Below, piece after piece: positions 26,517 to 35,800 of a stretch of DNA of 64,000 bases. Position 1 is the stretch's first letter; each line of letters begins with the position of its first letter. Position numbers and translations under genes: made by a program. Origin of the DNA: an uncultured bacterium (GTDB lineage: Bacteria > Chlamydiota > Chlamydiia > Chlamydiales > CAZBXE01); assembly GCA_964496125.1 (NCBI GenBank), contig CAZBXE010000002.1:12383-76382 (forward strand), written 5' to 3'. The notes under the pieces are model-generated. The model made no database searches and was not told the DNA's origin. It worked only from the letters and a program-made list of their open reading frames with translations.

Positions 26517-26688
26517 TATACACAAATAAGCTGAAAAGTTGGGAATATGCCAAGGAGGCGCTCTCAATTTTTGCAAGCTTAGCGTCGCCGAAGAAGCTAA
26601 GGTTAAAAACCTTAGCAATGCAGGCGGGCAAAAATTGAGAGCTAGCCCGACGCAGGCAGAAACCAACTTTTCAGCTTATTTGTGTATA
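26517..26688. repeat. 172-bp composite palindrome with perfect 26-bp terminal inverted repeats (MITE-like or IS-end relic)
   Basis: tatacacaaataagctgaaaagttgg (26517-26542) is the exact reverse complement of 26663-26688. Inner complementary blocks are ctctcaatttttgc (26561-26574) / gcaaaaattgagag (26628-26641) and a central gctaaggtt-aaa-aaccttagc. Confidence 0.8.
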
Positions 26689-26771
26689 TACTCGAAAATT
26701 ACAAATTTTAGGCCTATCCTGCCGCAGCGTCAGCTGCGATCCTGCCGCGAAGTCTCTTGGCGATCCTGTTT

Positions 26772-27695
26772 CTATTTGAAAACATAAGAAGCAGATACAA
26801 GTTTGATGCGGGCCCTAATGTGTTTTAAAATGAGCTCTGCGATCTGCTTTCCTACGACTTGCTCCATCCCAGAAAAGCCAGGCGATGAATTTGCCTCACA
26901 AACCGCAAATCCCTTTTTACCAAAGAGCAGATCTATGCCTGCTACCTCTAATCCTAAAATACGTGCCGTTTGCACACCAAGCTCTCTCACCTCCTCCGAA
27001 ACAGGAAAAGGCTCTACGCTTCCCCCCATTGAGAAGTTTGCCTTAAAGCTTGTCTTTGACTTTCTCAGCATGCACCCAGCAACTGTGTCCCCAATCACAA
27101 ATACACGCACATCTCTACCAAAACTTGTTTCAATAAACTCTTGCAAGATCATATTTGCCTGCGAATTAAAGCTATGGACAAGACGAATGACATCCCAAAA
27201 CCGATCTTCTGTCTCACAAAGAAAAACCCCAGCTCCCCTCGTGCCCGTAATATTCTTTATCACCAGGGGAAAGCCTATTTCCTCTCGTACCCTCTCAATA
27301 CTCGGCGGAAAATTTAAATACATCGTTTTCGGATGAGGAAGAGCACTTTTTGTAAGCAGCTGGGCCATTCTTAGCTTATCTTTTGTATTCTCAATCGAAC
27401 GGGACGAGTTGCAACAATACACCCCCTGATTTTCCAACTGCCGAAGCAGAGAAAGGCCTAAAAAGCTTGTCTCACTTCCGGTGCGTTGCAAAATAAAATC
27501 AGGAAGAGGTTCACTCTTACCCCGGATTATGATGGTTTCCTTGTTTTCTTGTGCCGTCACAAGATCAAACTCCTCAGGTGCGTACGCCTTCAAATCGATT
27601 CCGAGGTGAGAGGCTGCTTCCAATAGCCTTAAGATGCTGTATTGGTCTTCTGTTAGCTCACTCTGCCTTCTTTTGGAGAGGATAAAGCCCTTCAT
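26772..27695 (-). CDS. RimK-family ATP-grasp ligase (alpha-L-glutamate ligase-like)
   Basis: ATP-grasp blocks GFPLVIKNITGTRGAGVFLCE, QEFIETSFGRDVRVFVIG and GLEVAGIDLLFGKKGFAVCEANSSPGF. Its start overlaps the upstream stop by 4 nt. Confidence 0.8.
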   Translation of the reverse strand: MKGFILSKRRQSELTEDQYSILRLLEAASHLGIDLKAYAPEEFDLVTAQENKETIIIRGKSEPLPDFILQRTGSETSFLGLSLLRQLENQGVYCCNSSRSIENTKDKLRMAQLLTKSALPHPKTMYLNFPPSIERVREEIGFPLVIKNITGTRGAGVFLCETEDRFWDVIRLVHSFNSQANMILQEFIETSFGRDVRVFVIGDTVAGCMLRKSKTSFKANFSMGGSVEPFPVSEEVRELGVQTARILGLEVAGIDLLFGKKGFAVCEANSSPGFSGMEQVVGKQIAELILKHIRARIKLVSASYVFK

Positions 27696-28282
27696 TTAGC
27701 GACTTGAAAGGTAACTTGGAAAGAGGTTGCTGGAAACAGGAAGGCTAGCCTTTTCTCATAAAAACGCGGGAAGAGATTGGCAAGAAACCCGATGCCAATC
27801 GCGCATGTGAAGTCATCAAAATAAATCTTCTTGTCCGCATAGACAAAATCTGTCTGATAGAATTTATTGCCCTGCAAAAAATAATCAAATGATTGGAACG
27901 AGAACATATGGCAGTGCTCAAAATGGCGGTATGCCTCAAACCAAGTATAGTGGGGGGTTTCGAGAAAAACCTTGCCCCCAGGTTTGATAATCCTATTCAT
28001 CTCTTCTAAGGTTTTTACTGTATCAGGAAGATGCTCAATCACATGCTGACACACAATCAGATCGTAGGAATTATCAGGGATAGGCCATGGAAACTTTGTC
28101 AAGTCGTGATCAATGTCAAGCTGCTGCTCTTTTGCAAATTTGCTTGTCACTCTTCTATCAATCCCAACAGCCCCCATGGTCTTACGAAAACCACACCCTA
28201 CATCGAGGATTTTCTTGCCTCGAAACTCTTCTAACAACCTAGCTTTTGTTTTTTTAGCATTCGGAAAAAGACGCATCATCAC
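27692..28282 (-). CDS. Class I SAM-dependent methyltransferase
   Basis: Motif I ILDVGCGFRK, post-I/II blocks (YDLIVCQHVIEHL) and IIKPGGKVFLETP. Overlaps the glmS stop by 4 nt. Confidence 0.75.
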   Translation of the reverse strand: MMMRLFPNAKKTKARLLEEFRGKKILDVGCGFRKTMGAVGIDRRVTSKFAKEQQLDIDHDLTKFPWPIPDNSYDLIVCQHVIEHLPDTVKTLEEMNRIIKPGGKVFLETPHYTWFEAYRHFEHCHMFSFQSFDYFLQGNKFYQTDFVYADKKIYFDDFTCAIGIGFLANLFPRFYEKRLAFLFPATSFQVTFQVAK

Positions 28283-30105
28283 TCCACTGTAACAGATTTG
28301 GCGAGATTTCTTGGTTGGTCTATGTCCTCACCCCTTTCTTTTGCTACATAGTAGGCAAACAACTGAGTTATAATGGTGATGAGAATAGGAGCAAGTTCAT
28401 CGATTGTCGAGGGAACAAACACAACATCATCGGCAATCTTTTCAAGACCCTTCTGCCCCTCTTCTGCACATGCAATGATAGGACCATTTCTTGCCTTGAC
28501 CTCCAGGAGGTTGCTTAGCATCTTTTGGTAGGTGGTCTTATTTGCAACCAAAGCAACAGTTAGGCATTCAGGGCTGATGAGAGCAATCGGTCCGTGCTTC
28601 ATCTCTCCTGCTGGGTAGGCATTGGCATTGATGTAGGAGATCTCTTTTAATTTAAGCGCTCCCTCAAGAGAGGTGGGAAACATGTAGCGTCTACCGAGGT
28701 AGAAACAGTTTTGGAAATGCGCATACTTTTTTGCAAGAGATTCAATCTGAGAAGCCTTTTTTAGCACTTCTTCCACTTGATGAGGTAGCTTTTCCATAGC
28801 CTTGATAAAGGCAACGCCTTCTGCCTTATCCATATGGCGCATTCTTGCCATCATGAGGGCAAACAAGGTAAGCACCACTACCTGGCTTGTAAACGCCTTT
28901 GTAGACGCCACACCAATCTCAGGGCCTGCCTTTAAATAGATTGTATAATCCGACTCCCTTGTAATCGCTGAGCCATACACGTTGCAAACAGCAAGCACAC
29001 GAGCTCCTTTTGCCTTAAGCTCCTGCACAGCTGCAAGCGTATCGGCCGTTTCCCCCGACTGGCTAATAGCTATGACCAGGGTTCCCCTCGGCACTACAGG
29101 GTTCTTGTAGCGATATTCAGAGGAAATATGCACCTGCGTAGGAATACGTGCCAAATCTTCAAGCATGTCACCTGCAATGAGACCGGCATGCCAAGATGTT
29201 CCACAAGCAATCAGCACAATCCGCTCCACAGAAAGCAGATTTCCTATATCGGAGGTAAGCTCTTCAAACGTAGCCGTACCAAACTCTTCTATAAAACGCC
29301 CCAACAAGGCAGAGCGAATAGAATCCGGTTGGTCATAAATCTCTTTTAAGGTGTAGTGGGGAAACTCTCCCTTAGAGATAAGAACCTCTTTCAAATCCAT
29401 GATTTCAGAATTCTTCTCTATGCGCCCTAAATCCAGATCGAAAAATTCTTGCTCTCGTGCCTTTATAACACCAATCTCTCCATTTCTTAAAAATAAAACT
29501 TCATTTGTGTGCTCAGCAAATGCCTTTGGATCAGAGGAGACAAACGCTTCTCCCTTGCCAATACCCACAGTCATGGGCGCGTTGTGGGCAAAAACGATGA
29601 TCTGCTCTGGAAAATCTTTATGGATCAGGGAAAAGGCGTATGAGCCCTGCAACAAGGGGATTGTAAGTCGTACAGCTTCTAGGATATCGCCCTTATAGTG
29701 GTAACCAAGGAGCTTAGCTACAACCTCCGTATCGGTCTCGGTTGTGCAGTGCACGCCCCTTTCTTCCAAAAATTTACGGAGAGCTTCAAAATTCTCCACA
29801 ATACCGTTATGCACAAGCGCAAGCTTTTCATCTGCATCAAAATGAGGATGCGCGTTATTTTCTGTAGGCCTGCCGTGGGTTGCCCATCTTGTGTGGGCAA
29901 TGGCAACATCAAAATCACCCTTAATTTTTGTGATTTCTGGCTCAATCACTGAGATTTTTCCAGGCTTTTTACAAAAAACAATCGTAGAAGGCCTAAGTCC
30001 GGCTACACCAGCTGAGTCGTAACCGCGGTATTCTAGCTTTTTAAGCCCTTTGACTGCCTTCTGGATGGCATGTCCCTTGCCGATGTACCCAAAAATCCCG
30101 CACAT
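28279..30105 (-). CDS. glmS: Glutamine--fructose-6-phosphate aminotransferase
   Basis: MCGIFGYIG N-terminal nucleophile, two SIS domains, canonical ...KSVTVE C-terminus. Confidence 0.95.
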   Translation of the reverse strand: MCGIFGYIGKGHAIQKAVKGLKKLEYRGYDSAGVAGLRPSTIVFCKKPGKISVIEPEITKIKGDFDVAIAHTRWATHGRPTENNAHPHFDADEKLALVHNGIVENFEALRKFLEERGVHCTTETDTEVVAKLLGYHYKGDILEAVRLTIPLLQGSYAFSLIHKDFPEQIIVFAHNAPMTVGIGKGEAFVSSDPKAFAEHTNEVLFLRNGEIGVIKAREQEFFDLDLGRIEKNSEIMDLKEVLISKGEFPHYTLKEIYDQPDSIRSALLGRFIEEFGTATFEELTSDIGNLLSVERIVLIACGTSWHAGLIAGDMLEDLARIPTQVHISSEYRYKNPVVPRGTLVIAISQSGETADTLAAVQELKAKGARVLAVCNVYGSAITRESDYTIYLKAGPEIGVASTKAFTSQVVVLTLFALMMARMRHMDKAEGVAFIKAMEKLPHQVEEVLKKASQIESLAKKYAHFQNCFYLGRRYMFPTSLEGALKLKEISYINANAYPAGEMKHGPIALISPECLTVALVANKTTYQKMLSNLLEVKARNGPIIACAEEGQKGLEKIADDVVFVPSTIDELAPILITIITQLFAYYVAKERGEDIDQPRNLAKSVTVE

Positions 30106-30107
30106 AG

Positions 30108-31493
30108 CTACACTCCGATCTCTCTGCGAACTGCCTCCGCAACCACAAGAGAGAGCATCTCTACCTGTTTTTTATTCATCCCCTCCACCATAACACGGCA
30201 AAGCATTTCCGTGCCAGAATAGCGCACAAGCACACGTCCTTTATCCTTGAGAAGCTCTTCTGCTTTTTTAATCGCTGACTGAACGAGCTCTACAGACTCT
30301 AAAGCAGGCTTACTCTTTACAACCACGTTCACAATGCACTGCGGAGCCCTTTTAATAAAGGAGGCAAGCTCAGAAAGGGACTGGCCGGTTTCCACCATAA
30401 TGCGAAGCACCTGCAATGCGGACACCAAACCATCTCCTGTTGTATTATGCTCGAGGAAAATGATATGACCACTTTGCTCCCCTCCTAGGACGGCGCCTTG
30501 TTTCAGCATCTCCTGAATCACATACCTATCCCCTACCTTGGATGAGAACACCTGAATGCCAAGCTTTGTGAGCGCTTCAGTCAGTCCAAAATTTGCCATA
30601 ATAGTCGTAACCACTTTGCCATCAAGAAGAACGCCCTTTTGATGCATATCTCTTGCACAGATCGCAAGAATGGTATCACCATCGATGATCTGCGCCAACT
30701 CATCAACCATAATCACGCGGTCTCCATCGCCATCTAAGGCAATACCCACATCTGCGTGGTGGTCAATCACCCCTTTTTGCACCATTTCTGGATGCAGCGA
30801 GCCGCAGTCTAAGTTGATATTAAGCCCGTTTGGGGTAGTGCCATAAACAAAAACCTGGGCATCAAGTTCTTGCAGCACAAGAGGCGCTACCTTGTAGGCT
30901 GCCCCGTTGCTACAGTCAAGGGCTACTTTTAAATTCCGCAGCGACTTTTGCCTTGGAAAAGTCGCCTTTACATACTCAATATACCTCCCATCAGCATCGT
31001 GCACTCTTGTGTTTCGGCCAATATTCTCATTCAAAGGAAGGCTGTGGAGGTAGTTTTTTTGTTCAATAATTTTTTCAATTTCTTCTTCCACAGAATCGGG
31101 CAACTTAAAACCTTCTGAGGAGAAGAACTTAATCCCGTTATCGTAATAGGGGTTATGGGAGGCGGAAATCATAATCCCCGCATCAGCCCGATATGCCCTT
31201 GTGATAAAAGAAATCCCAGGTGTTGGAAAGGGTCCTACCATCAGCGTATCGATTCCCATGGAGCAGAGGCCAGCGATTAAGGCGTTTTCAAACATGTAGC
31301 AAGACAGTCTTGTGTCTTTTCCCACAACCACGCGGTGCTTGCCATCATGTTTTCGAAAGAGAAGACCAGCAGCGCGTCCTAAGGCAAGAGCAGTTTCTAC
31401 AGTCATGGGGTAGTGATTTGCCTTTCCTCTTACACCATCCGTACCAAAAATTTTCTCCTGTTTTCCCCTTTCCCCATGTGCCGTGCTCGTCAT
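30108..31493 (-). CDS. glmM: Phosphoglucosamine mutase
   Basis: FGTDGVRGKAN N-terminus, active-site GIMISASHNPYYDNGIKFF, metal loop ALDGDGDR. Confidence 0.92.
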   Translation of the reverse strand: MTSTAHGERGKQEKIFGTDGVRGKANHYPMTVETALALGRAAGLLFRKHDGKHRVVVGKDTRLSCYMFENALIAGLCSMGIDTLMVGPFPTPGISFITRAYRADAGIMISASHNPYYDNGIKFFSSEGFKLPDSVEEEIEKIIEQKNYLHSLPLNENIGRNTRVHDADGRYIEYVKATFPRQKSLRNLKVALDCSNGAAYKVAPLVLQELDAQVFVYGTTPNGLNINLDCGSLHPEMVQKGVIDHHADVGIALDGDGDRVIMVDELAQIIDGDTILAICARDMHQKGVLLDGKVVTTIMANFGLTEALTKLGIQVFSSKVGDRYVIQEMLKQGAVLGGEQSGHIIFLEHNTTGDGLVSALQVLRIMVETGQSLSELASFIKRAPQCIVNVVVKSKPALESVELVQSAIKKAEELLKDKGRVLVRYSGTEMLCRVMVEGMNKKQVEMLSLVVAEAVRREIGV

Positions 31494-31620
31494 TTTTGCC
31501 CCCTTTTTCTAAATATCCGAAAAGATACCAATTTGAATCTTTTGCAACAACGTGTTGGTGTTATCTTGACGAAAATACTCCTTTTCGTGACGATTAATAG
31601 ATAAAGTCCTATGACCCACT

Positions 31621-32889
31621 TTGGAGCCCACCACCTTGACAAAAGAGAGAATTCATCCCACGAAGGGAGAATCGATTGACGAAAACGCAATCGATTCTGA
31701 TGCCCTAAACGTAGTAGACACCTTACAGAAAGCAGGCTATACAGCCTATATTGTGGGAGGCTGTGTACGAGACCTACTCCTCCACCAGAAACCAAAAGAC
31801 TTCGACATCTCCACAAACGCCATGCCTCACGAAATTAAAAAACTCTTCAAGAGAAGCTGCCTTCTCATTGGGCGCAGGTTTCGTCTTGCCCATCTTCGCT
31901 TTGGAAAAAAGGTCATCGAAGTATCAACCTTTCGATCAGGGGGCAATGAAGGGGAGCTCATCATCCGCGATAACGAGTGGGGAACCGAGAAAGAAGATGT
32001 CCTTAGGCGCGACTTTACCATCAACGGTCTGCTCTACGATCCCTCCACAAAAGAAATTATTGATTATGTAGGCGGTGTAAACGACATCCGAAAGAAGCTG
32101 CTGACCACCATCGGCGACCCGATCACTAGGTTTAGGCAAGACCCCGTGCGGATGATCCGCCTGATCAAGTTCCAAGCAAGACTTGGCTTTACTATTGAAC
32201 CAAAAACCCTTCATGCCCTCAAAAAATGTGGCGATGAAATCATCAAGAGCGCACCTGCTAGGCTCTTAGAAGAAGTGCTACGTATGCTTGAGTCAGGCTC
32301 TTCCTCTCCCTTTTTCCGCCTGATGGTCGAACATGAACTTCTCGAACACCTCTTTCCCGCCTTTGATCGTTTCCTACGAGATAAGCATGGAGAGGAAATC
32401 TTTAAGTATCTGACCGCTGCCGATGCTCTTACAAAAGAAAGCGAAGCGGGGTATCTAGATAGAGCGTGCCTTGTGGCCTGTCTTTTCTTCCCTATATTAG
32501 AACAAGAGCTTGATATTCAATATATTCAGCATGATACTATACCTCATACGGGCGAGATACAGGACCTAGCTGTTGCCCTAATCGACGGTGTCGAGAGCAC
32601 CTCCTTTTTTCAGTTCCCAAAAAAGCTTCGCGCTTCTCTCATCTTTATCTTATCCACCCAGTTTCGACTGATTCCTATGAAAGGACAACAGAAGTTAAGA
32701 ACGCGCTTTATGGGGCATGAGGAGTTTGCCTCTGCGCTTCGTTTCCTTGAGATAAGGGCTCTGGCGGATGAGACTATAAAACCCCACTATGAAGAGTGGC
32801 AAAAAGCCTATGAATCGCAAGCGCCGTCCTCAACCGAAGAGAGGCGCCCACCTTCCCACCGCCGGCGCAGGGGACGCCGCCCGGCCTAG
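31621..32889 (+). CDS. pcnB: Poly(A) polymerase I / tRNA nucleotidyltransferase family
   Basis: YIVGGCVRDLLL...KDFDIST and RRDFTINGLLY motifs; basic tail RRPPSHRRRRGRRPA typical of PcnB. Non-ATG (TTG) start. Confidence 0.8.
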   Translation: MEPTTLTKERIHPTKGESIDENAIDSDALNVVDTLQKAGYTAYIVGGCVRDLLLHQKPKDFDISTNAMPHEIKKLFKRSCLLIGRRFRLAHLRFGKKVIEVSTFRSGGNEGELIIRDNEWGTEKEDVLRRDFTINGLLYDPSTKEIIDYVGGVNDIRKKLLTTIGDPITRFRQDPVRMIRLIKFQARLGFTIEPKTLHALKKCGDEIIKSAPARLLEEVLRMLESGSSSPFFRLMVEHELLEHLFPAFDRFLRDKHGEEIFKYLTAADALTKESEAGYLDRACLVACLFFPILEQELDIQYIQHDTIPHTGEIQDLAVALIDGVESTSFFQFPKKLRASLIFILSTQFRLIPMKGQQKLRTRFMGHEEFASALRFLEIRALADETIKPHYEEWQKAYESQAPSSTEERRPPSHRRRRGRRPA

Positions 32890-35800
32890 TAATAGCCAGG
32901 GTTTGTATAGAGAATGGGCGCAGCCCCACGGTAAATCTTATCAAGGATGGTATACATCTCTTGGTCTTGTACGGATAACATTTTCAAATTTTCTCTCCCC
33001 ACGACAAGATCTCCCTTGTATTCCTTAAATCGATTATTGCTATTGGCCTCAAAGTAGAAATTACTCATTTCCGCAAAGTACTCGGCAGGATCAACGGCCG
33101 CATAGGCATCTTCAGAGAACTTCCATCCCTCCAATTCTTCTCCATATTCCCGCATTTTTTGTTTGTAAAGAACCTGGACTCTTGCCCTTACGTTTTTGGG
33201 AACAGTAGTATAATCAATCAAATGAGCAAGCTCATGTGAGGAGGTGGTCCCAAGAGCCTCTCCCTCACGGACTGACTCAACCTCCGTCCACCCCCAAAGT
33301 CGCTCCTCTCCTATAAACACGTTTTTTGATTCTCTGGAATGGGCATAGAGTCCATATGTGTCGGTTCCCGCGCTGGCGCAGAGGATTTGATGCTTCTGAC
33401 ATTCATCTGTGAAATGTGTCTCACTTGGTACGATAATCACCTTCCCTTTAGACTCAAGAAGGGTACTACTGAGCTCACTATTATTTTCAATCATTTTTGA
33501 AAACACGCGAACAAGTTCAGCATGAGCCTGAGTTCTTCTGTAGGGAGGTAAATCAGGATTCTGGATCATCATAACGGCTGTAAAAAGAGCTAGCTCTTTG
33601 CTGTTTAAGACTTTTGCCATCTTCTCCCGAAATTCGGGACTGTCTTTTGCTTGAAGGGCCTCAATGACTTGAGGGTGGCTAAAAATCCTTCGTTCTAACA
33701 CTTCCACCATGTGCTTTTCTAACTTCTCCTCCGAAAGCAAGTAAGACCACCTTGAATCGGCATAGCGAACTAAATCGGGCAGAATGGTGTTCATCTGTAG
33801 CATGCTTTCATCAAGCTGGATATCGATTCCCAATTCCTCTAGTTTTTTCCAAGGTGCTTCATCATGAAAGGCAATATCTTTCCATTCACCCGTCCATGCC
33901 CACTGCTGCAGCTTATCCAGAATAAACTGTGTTTTCTCATCTCTTTTCACCCACTCACCAACATAGGCTCCAGTAATCTCTAGGAGTTCTGGTTTTGTAA
34001 AACTTTCAACCCAGCCCCTTACTTGCTCGTAATAGGCTGTCTCAAAAAACACATCGAGATCTCCCTCTAAACTGGCACCCTCTTTTGACTCGTAGAATGA
34101 AACAGCTGACAAGAAATGAGAGATTTGTTTTTGGATGCTTTCTGGATGACTTGAAGAAAATTGGCAAGCGCCCCCCACACTTTGTTCAAAAGCTTTGATT
34201 CGCTCCTCTGTAGGTGCATGCCTCAGAATAATTGCCATCAGCTGCAAGGCAGGATAGTTGACAAAAAGGCTTTCTTCTACAGCCGTCTCAGCAAGTCTAA
34301 AGGCATTTTCGTAATCAGGTGTCTCTTGGGAAAGAGCTTCTGTAGCCAACGCAAGGCAAGAGAGAGGAAACATTCTTGTCTTTTCACCCCCCCCCATTTG
34401 GGCCTCTGCCCATAAAAAAGAGCGAGACTCAGCAGATATCTGACTTGCATACTGTCCTATACTTGCTGGCATGCCAGATTCCATAAGGCTATTTGCTGCG
34501 CTCTCGATCTGCGTCTGCCCAGTCAATGGTTCTGAAACGTGAACCGGAGAGGAAACGACTTCTCTCTCCACAAGCTGTTCTTGCTGAGGAGCCGCAAATG
34601 GTCCTGGTAGCTTGGCGTTTAAGTAATCAGTTGATACCTGTCTAATGCCTTTGCCATACACAGGCTCTGTGGCGTTTCTTACCTTGTCTAAAATCGCTCG
34701 CGTGTCTGGGTAGCGTTTGGTATAGGCTTCAAACTCTTCTGGGGTCATGTTCCGAAGGGCCATTTGCTTATCTTCTAGTGTAACCTCAATGAATTGCACT
34801 TGCCTTTCATGTTGCGCTTCTAAGGGCTTTCTAAGCGCTTCTTGCCTTGCCTGTGCTTGAATTTTTAAGTCTCTTGATGACTTCGTAGTGACAAACTCCA
34901 GATCAGGTGTGATCACTTTTTGCACAAGCTGCCCTGCTTGAAGAAGCTGAAAGAAGGTTCTCCACCTTCCCTTTTCAGCCTCACTCATCCCTTCCAAGCT
35001 TTTCTTCATCGCTAGCGCTCTTTCTTGTCTCCGCGACTTAGTTTTTTCTTCTTTCTGTGGCTCCGTTTCAGGCAAGACCTCGTAAACAGCTTGCAAATCC
35101 GCTTGCTCTGTCGGAATCCTTCCCATCTTTTGACGAGCGGTCTTAAGCACATCGCGCAAAGTTTTTAGCTCAGAAGCAACCTCCCTCTCCCCCTCCTCTG
35201 TATATTTACGAAAGAACCAACTTGAGACATAAGAAAGCACTCCTTCTCTTGGTAAAGAGGAAAATCTCGGGTCTTCGAGCAGACCCTCCATCTTTTTTAT
35301 CTCCTTCTCGAGCAGGTTGTTAAATTCCTTACCCCTCGCCTCAAGATAGCTGATATTTCGTTTGCACCTTTCTATCTCCCTCTTCTCTCCTTTGGCTTCA
35401 GCCAGGCTAAGATTCAGTTTTACATCTGTTATTTCCATCTCCAAACTAGTGATAAACTCAAGACAAAACTCTTCCACAAGAAGTGAGCGTTGATGAAGAT
35501 CCTGGATGACCTCCCCTAAAACAAATCCATTAGCTACTGACACCACCTGGGGAATGCTCTCCAAAAAACCTTCTAAAGGCTGACTTGCAAAAGAAATATG
35601 CCCCATTTCGAGATCTTCTCTTTGACCTGTCAGCAAGACACTTGCGGGCTCAAAATCATCTTGAATGCTTTCCAATCTAACAAGTACATCAAACTCTGCT
35701 CTCTTTCTCTGCTGCAGCTTCTTCCCTTCGGAACCAGGTCCCTCGCTCTCAATGGCACGGGCTCTTTCTAAGCATCTTGAAAAGACTCTTACCACTGTTT

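Noticed and set aside
26711-26770. Direct repeats of gatcctgccgc and the hairpin cgcagc-gtca-gctgcg at the 3' end of the RimK-like gene
   Set aside because: The repeats are short (10-11 nt, two full copies and one partial copy) and there is no T-tract. They may form a weak terminator or be chance, and the evidence is insufficient to call a feature.
26803-27336. 177-aa plus-strand ORF inside the RimK-like gene
   Set aside because: It is antisense to a gene with clear ATP-grasp motifs.
31490-31816. 108-aa minus-strand ORF spanning the glmM-pcnB intergenic region
   Set aside because: It overlaps the pcnB 5' end in antisense, has no SD, and is an R/L/S-rich shadow sequence.
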